From the NCBI GenBank assembly GCA_016219145.1, contig JACRCG010000234.1, forward strand, positions 1 through 49,885: 49,885 bases of DNA. The letters run 5' to 3'. Position 1 is the stretch's first letter; every line of letters starts with the position of its first letter. Source of the stretch: Deltaproteobacteria bacterium (GTDB taxonomy: Bacteria; Desulfobacterota; Desulfuromonadia; Geobacterales; Pseudopelobacteraceae). Both the position numbers and the translations under genes were made by a program. The notes under the pieces are model-generated. The model was not told the DNA's origin and ran no database searches. It was given only the letters and a program-made list of their open reading frames with translations. Positions 34,554 to 44,848 of this stretch are shown here, piece by piece.

Positions 34554-35662
34554 AACCGGAGCGCCTTTTTGTAACGCACTCCGAGGGCATCAGCGGTCCA
34601 GATTGCGGATTCTACCATAACGGCAGAAACAGGAAACCAGGTCGAGTGAACAGTTTCTCCATCAGCAACGGTTGCTTCCGCCACTTGCCTGATGTCCTCG
34701 ACAGAGGGGCCGATTATGTCCAGATCTTCCAGGCATAAAGGCAGTCCGACCCTGAAGCAGAAATCCTGAACCTCAGTGATGGCACTGGAAGAGCGGCCTT
34801 CCAAAACAAGCTGAACAATGACTCCAAAGGCAACTTTTTCACCATGAAGTTTATGTTTCGCAGCTGGCAACGTAGTGAAGCCGTTATGAATCGAGTGTGC
34901 CCCGGCATGTCCTCCATTTTCAGAACTTAGCCCGCTCAAAAGAGTGTTTGCCTCAACAATATATTCAACTGCTGGCGTCACGGAATTCCTTTCGACGGCC
35001 AATTTCGCCTGAAGACCAAATTCCAGCAATGTTTCGTAGCAGATCCTCGCTAATGCTTTAGACGCCAGAGTGGAACTAGCCCCACCCGTAAGCGGATTAG
35101 GTTTTCCGCTTCTGGAACAGGTATCGGACTCCCAGAAGGTGGCCAAGGCATCTCCCATCCCGGCTATAAGAAATTTTACGGGTGATTGGGTAACTAACGC
35201 CGTATCAACCAGAACGCAATCCGGGTTTTTTCGCAAAAAAAGATAGCGTTCGAAAGCTCCATTCTCGGTATAAATAACCGACAAGGCCGAACAGGGTGCA
35301 TCGGTCGATACTACAGTAGGCACCACTATCACCGGCAGCTTCATTTCGTCTGATACAGCCTTGCCGGCATCGATTGAAGCACCACCGCCCAGGGCGATGA
35401 TAATATCCACTCCATGTGCTGCCGCGATCCCGGCCAGCCGGGCGATTTCATTTTGTGAGGATATTCCCTGGAAACATTCCTGATGGCAGGTGATCCCATG
35501 TTCGGCACAACTTGCAGAAATATCCTGTCCGCACAGCGTCAGAGCGGTCTTTCCGCCGATAACAAGAGCGCTGGTCCCGATGCGGGACGTGTGCAGACCA
35601 ATTTCCCTGATGGCCCCGGCTCCTTGAACATAGCGGCCTGGCGCGAGCAGCATGCGGCTCAT
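34550..35662 (-). CDS. Glycerol dehydrogenase (GldA)-like group III (Fe/Zn) polyol/alcohol dehydrogenase
   Basis: 370 aa from MSRMLLAPGRYVQGAGAI.., preceded by AGGAAAGGA. Motifs: GGGASIDAGKAV, STDAPCSALSVIY, GMGDALATFWES, H..H metal ligands. Confidence 0.8.
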   Translation of the reverse strand: MSRMLLAPGRYVQGAGAIREIGLHTSRIGTSALVIGGKTALTLCGQDISASCAEHGITCHQECFQGISSQNEIARLAGIAAAHGVDIIIALGGGASIDAGKAVSDEMKLPVIVVPTVVSTDAPCSALSVIYTENGAFERYLFLRKNPDCVLVDTALVTQSPVKFLIAGMGDALATFWESDTCSRSGKPNPLTGGASSTLASKALARICYETLLEFGLQAKLAVERNSVTPAVEYIVEANTLLSGLSSENGGHAGAHSIHNGFTTLPAAKHKLHGEKVAFGVIVQLVLEGRSSSAITEVQDFCFRVGLPLCLEDLDIIGPSVEDIRQVAEATVADGETVHSTWFPVSAVMVESAIWTADALGVRYKKALRL

Positions 35663-35684
35663 GATTTTCCTTTCCTGGCAATAC

Positions 35685-35849
35685 TCAGTAGCCACCACAG
35701 ACACCGTCAACCGGTACCTGTCTGATTTCGATTTCTTTTTCCTCAGCTTTTTCAGGCTCGACTGCTGTATCTGTTGCAGGTGGGATTTTAACTGGCAGAG
35801 GGGTGGCAGGCTTGTCGTTTTCCTTTATGGTGTTTTTGGACTCATCCAT
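35685..35849 (-). CDS. Divergent mycofactocin-like precursor peptide ending ..VDGVCGGY
   Basis: 54 aa, MDESKNTIKENDKPATPLPVKIPPATDTAVEPEKAEEKEIEIRQVPVDGVCGGY*. A strong RBS (AAGGAG) lies 8 nt upstream. The C-terminal DG(I/V)CGxY* aligns with the bona fide MftA at 27812-27919. The stop is 22 nt before the gldA-like ATG. Confidence 0.7.
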   Translation of the reverse strand: MDESKNTIKENDKPATPLPVKIPPATDTAVEPEKAEEKEIEIRQVPVDGVCGGY

Positions 35850-35877
35850 AAATTCAGCTCCTTTAGTGTATTGATTG

Positions 35878-36114
35878 TCAACCGGAGTGCGGTTTACCGA
35901 CATCTTCGAGACTTACAGAACCGTGCCCACCCTCTACGCTGGGGGCCCAGTCGCCCAGATGTGCAGCGCACAGGTGCCTCGGGCTGTTCGCTTTTGCGCC
36001 GCATTTTCTGCATTCAACGGTTGGATGGTCAGAATTTTTTTTGATGCAGTCATCCAGCCCCTTGGATTTCAGGACGCACATATGATTCTGATGATGTTCA
36101 ACATCGCAACCCAT
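35878..36114 (-). CDS. Small Cys/His-rich protein of unknown function (possible metal-binding)
   Basis: 78 aa, MGCDVEHHQNHMCVLKSKGLDDCIKKNSDHPTVECRKCGAKANSPRHLCAAHLGD.. (6 Cys, 8 His). The RBS GGGAGG lies 6 nt upstream and overlaps the end of the VWA gene. Confidence 0.6.
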   Translation of the reverse strand: MGCDVEHHQNHMCVLKSKGLDDCIKKNSDHPTVECRKCGAKANSPRHLCAAHLGDWAPSVEGGHGSVSLEDVGKPHSG

Positions 36115-36125
36115 CTTGTTCCTCC

Positions 36126-37565
36126 CTATCTTTTTTTCTGGTAAAAAGTGCCAAAGTGCTTACGCCACTCCGCGCTGCTCGGATTAAGCTGCATCCTCTT
36201 GTCGTAGCTCACCATCGCCTTGGCCTGCTTGTAATAATCCATGTAGTCGACCGGTTCCTCGTCCTGCTCCTGGCCATGCCGGTCGCGCCGCTTCCTTGGG
36301 GCAAGATCGGTATAGATGCTGCGGAAGAGGTCTTCCAGGATCACGCTCAGTTCGTCAACGCTCTTGACCTGCTCAACCTTGTCACAGTAGGCTCCGTACT
36401 GTTCGATCAGGCAGTCCCCGCGCTTCCAGGTTTCACGATCCTCCGGAGTAAGCCAGAGCAGATAGCCCGCTTTCTCCCTGATCTCGTCCATCACCCAGTC
36501 ATTGGCTTCGTTGTAGTTGTTTCGGGCGTCGCCCAGGATGATGACGGTCGGGTTCCCGCGCATGCTCTCCAGATGCCTTTTCTTGAAGTTGACGAGGACC
36601 TTGCCGTAATCGCTGTTCTCGTCCATATCGACCAGTGCGCCCGAATCTATGATCTCCAGCAGACAATTGACCGGCATGTTTGTCAGCAGATCGGTGATTT
36701 CGGCCAGCTCCTGATTAAAAACAAAACTGCGGACATCCATCAGACGGTTATGCAGGGTGTGCAGAAGGAGAAGCATGAAGCGCGAGGCGTAGCTGACCGA
36801 AAAACTGACGTCACAGAGTACCACCAGCCTGGGCCGGACCTTTTTTTTGCGGCGCAGCGAGACCAGAAAAGGCACCATGCCATTACGGTAGTTTTTCTGG
36901 AGTGTCTTGATAACATGCAGTTTTCCGCGGTTCTGCTCTTCCTTCAGCCGCCGCACATCCTTGCGGATACGGATCAGCATGCGGGAGACAACTTCATGCA
37001 TGTCGGCGATCTCTTCCGGGGTGAAGGCGTTATTGTTATCCTTGCTCCAGCTTTTGCTGAATGCGGCCGATGGAAGGTTAAGCAGGTTGAATTCCGAAGG
37101 TTTGGGGGCCTTGTTCTTCCCTTTGTGGCCTTTCATCCGGACTTGTATCTCAGGCCCGTCTGAATCTTCCAGATCCCGGAGCCAATCCATGTTTTCAAGG
37201 TCCTCAGCCGTCAAATCCTTTGCGCCGGATAACAGGCCGGGTCTGTCCTCTTCCCGTTTCTCCAGCATCTCGGCGGTAAACTCTTCCCCCTCGACGATGT
37301 GAAAATAGGCGCCCATCAGATCTTCGGGGGTTATGAAAAACGGATTTTCCGGCTGACGGCTGAAGAAAATGTCGAATATATCGTTGAAGCCGGGGATATC
37401 GTTGGCGTTTTTCACAAGCGTCAGCTGAAGCAGCGCCCTGACCCCCTCTCTCCCTTCAACACCACCAAGGGCCAGCGCATGCACGGCATCAAGGCACTCT
37501 CCGGGCGACACCCGTATCCCCTCTTCCCGCAGGGCCTGAACAAAACGGGTGACGACCGTTTCCAT
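36126..37565 (-). CDS. CoxE-like von Willebrand factor A (VWA) domain protein
   Basis: 479 aa. The N-terminus METVVTRFVQALREEGIRVSPGECLDAVHAL.. is VWA_CoxE-like. VVLCDVSFSVS is the MIDAS-region DxSxS. Confidence 0.8.
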   Translation of the reverse strand: METVVTRFVQALREEGIRVSPGECLDAVHALALGGVEGREGVRALLQLTLVKNANDIPGFNDIFDIFFSRQPENPFFITPEDLMGAYFHIVEGEEFTAEMLEKREEDRPGLLSGAKDLTAEDLENMDWLRDLEDSDGPEIQVRMKGHKGKNKAPKPSEFNLLNLPSAAFSKSWSKDNNNAFTPEEIADMHEVVSRMLIRIRKDVRRLKEEQNRGKLHVIKTLQKNYRNGMVPFLVSLRRKKKVRPRLVVLCDVSFSVSYASRFMLLLLHTLHNRLMDVRSFVFNQELAEITDLLTNMPVNCLLEIIDSGALVDMDENSDYGKVLVNFKKRHLESMRGNPTVIILGDARNNYNEANDWVMDEIREKAGYLLWLTPEDRETWKRGDCLIEQYGAYCDKVEQVKSVDELSVILEDLFRSIYTDLAPRKRRDRHGQEQDEEPVDYMDYYKQAKAMVSYDKRMQLNPSSAEWRKHFGTFYQKKR

Positions 37566-37567
37566 GG

Positions 37568-38470
37568 CTAACTCAATTCCTGCATGGCCAGCTCCTTGAC
37601 CATCTGCAGGTCAGCCTGGTGTTTGGCGATCACCCCCACGGTATTGTCCAGCATTGCCCTGGTGAGCCGGCCGGCATTCAGTATGGTCAGCACGTTGGCC
37701 CAGTCCAGGGTTTCAGAGACACTGGGGGGCTTGCGCATATTCAACTCCCGGGCCTTGCGCAGGAAGGAGACCATCTGCTGGGCCAATTCTTCGCAGATTT
37801 GCGGGTAACGGGCCTGGACAATGGCAACTTCGCGTTCCAGGTCAGGGTAGCCGATATAGAGATAGAGGCAGCGGCGGCGAAGAGCATCCGAGATCATGCG
37901 GGTGCCGTTACTGGTCAGAATCACCAGCGGTTTTCTCCTGGCTTCGATTACCCCTAGTTCGGGGACTGAAACCTGGAAGTCGCTCAGGCACTCCAGCAGC
38001 AGCGCTTCGAACTCGTCTCCGGAACGGTCAATTTCATCGATCAGGAGCAGTGAGCGTTTTTCCGACAGAAAGCTGCGCAGAATAGGCCGCTGCACCAGGA
38101 AGTTCATTGAGAAAAACATGCTCTCTTCGGCTGCCAGACGCTCAACAGCCTCGCGCAGATCGGCCGACACCGAGAGATAGTTGTCCAGCTGGGTGCGCAG
38201 CAGTTGGGTGTAGAGCAGCTGCTTGCCGTATTCCCAGTCATAGAGAGCTTTTCCCTCGTCGATCCCCTCGTAGCATTGCAGGCGTACCAGCGGGAAATCC
38301 AGGGAAGATGAGAGCGCTTTGGCCAGGCCGGTCTTGCCGACACCGGGCGGCCCTTCGATCAGAATCGGCTTCTCCATCCGCAGAGCCAGAAATACAGCGG
38401 TTGCGATGGCATTGTCTGCAATATAGCCGCTTCCGCGGAGAAAATCCTTTATCCCCTGTTCGGTAACCAT
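37568..38470 (-). CDS. MoxR/CoxD-like AAA+ ATPase
   Basis: 300 aa from MVTEQGIKDFL.. with Walker A GPPGVGKTGLAKAL and Walker B LLLIDEIDR. It sits immediately upstream of the VWA partner, the classic MoxR-VWA pair. Confidence 0.85.
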   Translation of the reverse strand: MVTEQGIKDFLRGSGYIADNAIATAVFLALRMEKPILIEGPPGVGKTGLAKALSSSLDFPLVRLQCYEGIDEGKALYDWEYGKQLLYTQLLRTQLDNYLSVSADLREAVERLAAEESMFFSMNFLVQRPILRSFLSEKRSLLLIDEIDRSGDEFEALLLECLSDFQVSVPELGVIEARRKPLVILTSNGTRMISDALRRRCLYLYIGYPDLEREVAIVQARYPQICEELAQQMVSFLRKARELNMRKPPSVSETLDWANVLTILNAGRLTRAMLDNTVGVIAKHQADLQMVKELAMQELS

Positions 38471-38536
38471 TGATGACCTCGTTCGTGTTGTATTTAACTC
38501 TTTCAATATTGAGCCTCTTGCAAAAGTCATAAAAGG

Positions 38537-38645
38537 CCCCTCCCCCCTGGCGGGGGAGGGTTAGGGTGGGGGGGAGGTTGCCATGATATCAGCAAGTGGC
38601 ACCTTCACCCACCCCCCCAACCCCCTCCCGTCAAGGGCGGGGGAG
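38537..38645. repeat. G/C-rich nested palindromic element (CCCTCCCCC..GGGGGAGGG type)
   Basis: CCCTCCCCCctggcGGGGGAGGG (38538-38560) and CCCCCTCCCgtcaaGGGCGGGGG (38621-38643). The outer arms GGGTTAGGGTGGGGGGGAGGT and ACCTTCACCCACCCCCCCAACCC are also complementary. Confidence 0.8.
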
Positions 38646-38687
38646 CTAATTTTGAGACTTTTGCAAGAGCCTCTATTGAATTACTTT

Positions 38688-38701
38688 GCAAGCTTTGCGC
38701 C
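38688..38701 (-). promoter_or_regulatory. Candidate sigma-54 promoter for the MoxR-VWA-peptide-gldA-like operon
   Basis: The minus strand reads cGGCGCaaagcTTGCa (GG-N10-GC spacing correct, perfect -12 TTGCA, 4/6 at -24). It lies immediately downstream of the terminator at 38711-38762. Confidence 0.35.
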
Positions 38702-38710
38702 GTTGCCAGA

Positions 38711-38762
38711 TAAAAAAGCCGCTGGCACCCGGTGAGGGGGTCTTCCCTTCGGGGCCAGCGGC
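38711..38762 (-). terminator. Rho-independent terminator after the Fe-ADH gene
   Basis: The minus strand reads GCCGCTGGC-(27 nt loop)-GCCAGCGGC followed by TTTTTTAT. Confidence 0.6.
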
Positions 38763-38804
38763 ATCACATTAGATCAGTGGAGGCACACTGAATTGGATTA
38801 CATA

Positions 38805-40010
38805 TTACATGCAGCCGGCAAAGACAGCTCTCATCTCGTGGAATCCGACATCCTTGGGATTGCCTTCGGAGCAGATATCAGCGGCGGCGAATTTGGACAG
38901 ACCGTCAAGGTCCTTTTCCTGCAGGCCGAGGTCAGCAAAGCGCTGGGTGATGAACAACTCGTCCTTGAGCTCCTGAATGGCGTCGATGAATTTCTCGCCG
39001 GCTTTGTAATCGGAAAGCCCGGCAACGTCGATATCAGCGGCTTTTGCCATCATTTTGAAGCGCTCGGGGCAGGCCGGCAGGTTGTAACGGCAGACATCCA
39101 CCAGGGCGATGGCGTTGCAGAGGCCGTGCGGCGCATCGTAGAGACCGCCCATGGCGTGTGCCATCGAGTGGACGATGCCAAGGCCGGCGCTGTTAAAGCT
39201 GTAGGCGGCGGCCATCTCGGCCCAGACCATCTGCTCGACAGCCCTGTCATTGTTGCGGTTGGCGGCCGACTGGCGCAGGTTCTGGAAAATTTCGGTGATT
39301 GCCCAGAGGCCGGGGCCGTAGGCGGACTGTACGCAGAGACGTGAAGCGATCGCTTCGACAGCGTGGGTCAGGGCGTCCATGCCGGTGTAGGCGACCAGCT
39401 CCTGAGTCATGCACTGATGAATCAGCGGATCGTTAACCGATTTGCTGGGTGTGCAGTTCGGATCGAAAAGAGCCATTTTATACATCTTCTCGGTATGATT
39501 GATGATCGAGAAACAGGAGACTTCGGAACCTGTTCCCGAGGTGGTGTTGATGGCCAGATGCGGAATCTTGTTTTTCTTGGTGGCCTTGAAAGCGCCTTCA
39601 AAAGAACGGACGTCCTGGCCGTCGTGGCTGTAGACCAGCTTGATGGCCTTGCCGCAGTCATGTGAACTGCCGCCGCCCAGGGTGATGATGCCGTCGAATT
39701 TGCCGGAAGCCAGAACTTTGGCGCCTTCCATGACTTCGTGATCTTTAGGGTTGGGAGTAGCTTTATCAAACAGCTCGGAGGAAACGCCGGCATGCTTGAG
39801 GACGCCCTGGATCGCTTCGACGATGCCGGTTCCGCGCAGGCCGGTGGTTACGATAAGGGCATTGGTCATGCCCAGCGCCTTGGCGTCGTTGCCAACCATA
39901 GTATGTGCGCCCCAGCCGATGTTTACAGAGGGATAAGCGTGCTGCATCTTGATCGGGTATTCAGTTCTCTGCTGTGTAAGTGTCCGTTTTACATCTCTGA
40001 AATGTGGCAT
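38805..40010 (-). CDS. Iron-containing (group III) alcohol dehydrogenase, methanol/1,3-propanediol dehydrogenase-like
   Basis: 401 aa. The RBS AAGGAGG lies 8 nt upstream. Motifs: GGGSSHDCGKAI, INTTSGTGSE, the metal His pattern H..AHAMGG..H. It has an unusual roughly 25-aa N-terminal extension. Confidence 0.88.
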   Translation of the reverse strand: MPHFRDVKRTLTQQRTEYPIKMQHAYPSVNIGWGAHTMVGNDAKALGMTNALIVTTGLRGTGIVEAIQGVLKHAGVSSELFDKATPNPKDHEVMEGAKVLASGKFDGIITLGGGSSHDCGKAIKLVYSHDGQDVRSFEGAFKATKKNKIPHLAINTTSGTGSEVSCFSIINHTEKMYKMALFDPNCTPSKSVNDPLIHQCMTQELVAYTGMDALTHAVEAIASRLCVQSAYGPGLWAITEIFQNLRQSAANRNNDRAVEQMVWAEMAAAYSFNSAGLGIVHSMAHAMGGLYDAPHGLCNAIALVDVCRYNLPACPERFKMMAKAADIDVAGLSDYKAGEKFIDAIQELKDELFITQRFADLGLQEKDLDGLSKFAAADICSEGNPKDVGFHEMRAVFAGCM

Positions 40011-40215
40011 TGGTACTTCCTCCTTTTTGTGGTGTGTGTTTTTTTGTGCTGCCCTGATTGCAATACAATGCTGCGATCACCGTTACATCTATGTCCTTTC
40101 GGGAATTTAGCCACCACCTCCTCATAACCTGATTTTACGATCATCCCTATTTGAGTAAACAAGAGCCGAATAACAGCGCTTCAAGGCTCGTCATGATCGA
40201 GTTGACAAGGACTTA

Positions 40216-40231
40216 GCAAGTTGAATGCCAA
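40216..40231 (-). promoter_or_regulatory. Sigma-54 promoter of the Fe-ADH gene 38805-40010
   Basis: The minus strand reads TTGGCATtcaacTTGCt (TGGCAT-N5-TTGC), about 205 nt upstream of the ATG. Confidence 0.65.
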
Positions 40232-40330
40232 CTTGAATTGATATTTAATTACAAGCAGTTACAGCTGATATCGCGGAAATGGCTACTGGCGGGAAAATGA
40301 TCCGGGGTCATTTGAAACAGTTTTATACAA

Positions 40331-40523
40331 ATTTCTCCACAATGCCTGCTTTGGAGGCTATGGATTTTATCCACACTGGGTAATTTCCACACAGTTGTCC
40401 TGTCGCGGAAAGGTCGCCGGACAGATCGCAGTCGGCAGCCTCAAAATCTGATGATGGTTTACGCAGGGCAGGCATCGGGGCAAAAAATGAGGCATTATCC
40501 CACACTGTGGCATTATTCCACAG
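40331..40523. promoter_or_regulatory. Cluster of CCACA/TGTGG half-sites (candidate enhancer for the sigma-54 activator)
   Basis: ATTTCTCCACA (40331-40341), TTATCCACAC (40367-40376), ATTTCCACACA (40383-40393) and TTATCCCACACTGTGGCATTATTCCACAG (40495-40523, containing the palindrome CCACAcTGTGG). Confidence 0.4.
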
Positions 40524-40721
40524 CTGCGCAGAAAAATGAATTCGGCGGTGTCATGATAAACAGGCTGGTTAATTCAGTATGATATGCTGAGGTGTTGAAG
40601 GTGGCCGGCCGCTACCCGATGGGAGTCAGGCGCGAGGTGTAGCAAATTGCAACAGTGCTGGAAAGGTTGGATAGCAGCGCTGGTATCCCGGAACGCCTGA
40701 CGGCAGCACATCGCAGCGACC

Positions 40722-42091
40722 TCAAGCTTCCAGGCCGTAGCGTTCCAGCTTGCTGTAGAGGGTCTTGCGGTCTATTTCCAGCAGTTTGGCGGCCTGACTC
40801 TTGTTCTGGTCCACCAGTTCGAGAACTTTCTGGATATGGTCCCGCTCGACAGCCCAGAGCGGCGCGGCGGTAAAGCCGGGATTCTCGTCGCGTGCCAGGC
40901 TGGCCGGCGCTGTATAGACAGCTTTCTGTGGCGCGAACGGGAACAGATCCGGGGTGATAATCGGTTCATTGGCAAGAATGCAGGCCCTGCGGATCGTATT
41001 GCGCAATTCCCTGACGTTCCCCGGCCATTGATAGGCACAGAGCGAGGCCATCGCTTCATCGGTTATTTCCCAATTGCGGGTATCATTTTCATTGCATTGC
41101 TGGATGAAGAACCAGGAGAGCGGTATGATGTCTTCGGGGCGCTGCCGCAAGGGGGGCACCGGGATCGGCAGCAGATTGATGCGGTGGTAGAGATCTTCCC
41201 TGAATTCACCGCGATTAACGCAGTCGGACAGGATTTTGTTGGAGGCAAAGACAAAACGGACGTTGACGCGGATATCGTGATTGCCGCCCATCCTGCGGAA
41301 GGTGCTGGTTTCGAGGATGCGAAGCAGTTTGACCTGCACGTCGAGCGGCATCTCCGAAATTTCATCCATGAACAGTGTTCCGGTGTCGGCCAGCTCGAAC
41401 AGGCCGGCTCTCCCTTTATTGGCGCCGGTGTAGGCCCCCTGCATATGCCCGAACAACTCGCTTTCAGCGGTGTTGGCGTCAAATCTGCCGCAATTGACGG
41501 TTACAAAGGGCTTGCTGGCGCGACGGCTGGCGTCATGAACCGCCCGGGCTATCAACTCCTTGCCGGTGCCGCTCTCGCCGCTGATCAGTACATGTTCGTC
41601 GGTCATACCCCAGCGCTGAACCGTATCCATAACCTTTTTAATCACCGGGCTCTTGCCGATGATGCGGTGGTTTTCAAAGCGTTTGATCTCTTTTTTGAGG
41701 TTTATGTTTTCCAGCCGCAGACGGTTTTTTTCACAGGCCTTGTCGATCAGAATTTCCAGCTCGTCAAGCTTGATCGGCTTGGTGAGATAGTCATAGGCGC
41801 CGTGCTTGATGCATTCCACTGCGGTTTCAATCGTGCCGTGGCCGGTGAACATGATGATCTCGGGAATTGTAGACTCCGTCCGCATCAGCTTGAGGGCTTC
41901 GACCCCATCCATGCCGGGCATGCGAACATCCAGCAGCACAACGTTAAAGATCTCTTCCCGGAAACAGGCCAGCCCTTCCTCGCCGCTGGCCGTGGCGGTC
42001 ACCTTGTATCCGGAACGGGACAGCTCCATCTGCAGCAGCTCCCGCAGCGACTTGTCATCTTCGACAACAAGAACCTTTGTATCGTTACGAA

Positions 42092-42104
<13 letters not shown>
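40722..42104 (-). CDS. Sigma-54-dependent response regulator (NtrC family: REC, AAA+, Fis-type HTH)
   Basis: 460 aa. REC domain ([16 protein letters not shown]), AAA+ domain with GESGTGKE and the GAFTGA-like loop [13 protein letters not shown], and a C-terminal HTH (..[18 protein letters not shown]..). Confidence 0.93.
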
Positions 42105-43308
<1,204 letters not shown>

Positions 43309-43309
<1 letters not shown>

Positions 43310-44475
43310 CAGTAGGCCCTTTCCAGGATGCGCAGCAGATCTTCCTCGTCAGCTTCACGCGGGGAGGTGACGATGCAGACGTCCTTGAGCGCCCGGCGCG
43401 CCAGTTCCGGCAGGTCCTGGCGCTGGACTCCGATACTGCGCAGGCTGCGGGGGGCTCCGCTGGCATCCAGAAGAGAGTCGAGCGTTTCCTGGATTTTTTC
43501 GCTGGCCGAGCTGATATCGCCGTTGGAGCGGTGTCCAAGCCCCCAGGCCAGCTCCTGAAGTTTTTCGGTAACAACCGGAATGTCGTAGCGGATCACTTCC
43601 GGGAGCAGAATCGCGTTGATGCTGCCGTGGTTGGCGTCGTAAAGCCCGCCGATCGGATGAGCCAGTGCATGGACGATGCCGAGCATGGAATTCGAGAAAG
43701 CCATGCCGGCGTGCAGACTGGCCCGCGCCAGATTCTCCATGTCTTCCTGCCGTCGTTCGTGGACGGCGTCCGCCAGACTGCCTGCCAGAAGTCGAAGCGC
43801 CTTGATGGCGTGGACATCGGTGAGGGTTGTGGAGGCGATCGAAAAAAAAGCTTCTATGGCGTGACTCAGGGCGTCGGTAGCAGTGGTGCCGACAAATTCA
43901 TCCGGCAGGGTCGCCAGGGTATCAGGGTCGGTCAGGCTGATATCCGGGGCGACGCAGCGGCTCATGATGCAGATTTTGCGAAAATGCTCGGTATCGGTGA
44001 TGATTGCAAACTGGGAGACGTCGGAACCGGTACCGCAGGTGGTAGGGCAGAGTACCAGCGGCGGGAGCGGACGAATGATCCGGTCAGGCCCCTCAAAGTC
44101 GCGGATCTTTCCACCGTTAGAGACCAGAATGGCTATGGCCTTGGCCGCATCCATGGAGCTGCCGCCTCCCAGGCCGACGATTACGTCAGCGCCATGGCGC
44201 AGATACTCCTTGACCCCGTTTTCCACCTCGTGATCCTTGGGGTTGGGGGTTATGCCGTCGTAGTAAATGAATTCAAGACCGGCGTCTAAAAGGCTCCGCA
44301 TGGCCTGATCGACCCAGCCGGCACGAAAAAGCCCCTTGTCGCTGACCAGAAAGATTTTTTTGCCCCCCAGCCTGCGGGCGCAGGCGCCTACATGGTTCAA
44401 CATGCCTCGGCCGAAAATGATTTCAGGCACTTCAAATTTATAATTATGCAGCGTGTTGTCCGGACGTTTTTCCAT
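43309..44475 (-). CDS. Iron-containing (group III) alcohol dehydrogenase
   Basis: 388 aa with GLGGGSSMDAAKAI, CPTTCGTGSD and H..LAHPIGG..H. It is the first gene of an operon with the kinase and the sigma-54 regulator. Confidence 0.9.
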
Positions 44476-44552
44476 GGCAGACCTTTCATGCCTGTTTCTG
44501 ACTGTGATGCTGTCGGGGGAACATCAGAGCAACAATGAACGATATTACACAA

Positions 44553-44568
44553 GCAATGCTCGTGCCCA
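44553..44568 (-). promoter_or_regulatory. Sigma-54 promoter of the Fe-ADH/kinase/regulator operon
   Basis: The minus strand reads tGGGCACgagcaTTGCt (GGCAC-N5-TTGC with GG-N10-GC), about 80 nt upstream of the ATG at 44475. Confidence 0.65.
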
Positions 44569-44670
44569 ACACCAAACCCGGTTTTATGTTTTTAGCTGAC
44601 GGCGGAGATTATTTTCAAAAAATGTTGCTGCAATCGCCACTGTCTGCGCAAGCGTGTATTCCTGAGACAA

Positions 44671-44687
44671 TTCTCCACGGTGTAGAA
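44671..44687. promoter_or_regulatory. 17-bp palindrome TTCTCCACgGTGTAGAA between the divergent sigma-54 promoters (candidate activator site)
   Basis: 7 of 8 arm positions are complementary. It shares the core TTCTCCAC with 40333-40340 and, in reverse complement, 28072-28079. Confidence 0.4.
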
Positions 44688-44832
44688 CTTCTCCCCATCA
44701 GCTTATCACACAATAATTACGGCATGTTAGAAAATATGTCCTGATTGTCCCCATCTGCCTCTGGCTGATACGCATCTGAACCTACAGGTGTAACCTTCTG
44801 ATATTTAAAGAGAATACCACTGTTTTATTTTT

Positions 44833-44848
44833 TGGCACCACGGTTGCA
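44833..44848 (+). promoter_or_regulatory. Sigma-54 promoter reading toward the porin gene
   Basis: The plus strand reads TGGCACcacggTTGCA, a perfect consensus. It lies 272 nt upstream of the porin ATG and is divergent from the promoter at 44553-44568. Confidence 0.75.

Noticed and set aside
40011-40125. A 51-codon ORF (MRRWWLNSRKDIDV..) in the 5' leader of the Fe-ADH gene, and the 60-aa ORF at 40323-40505 in the enhancer region. I checked them as possible additional precursor peptides.
   Set aside because: They have no Shine-Dalgarno sequence and no MftA-like C-terminus. The first runs out of frame into the ADH start, and the second overlaps the half-site cluster, which is more plausibly regulatory DNA.
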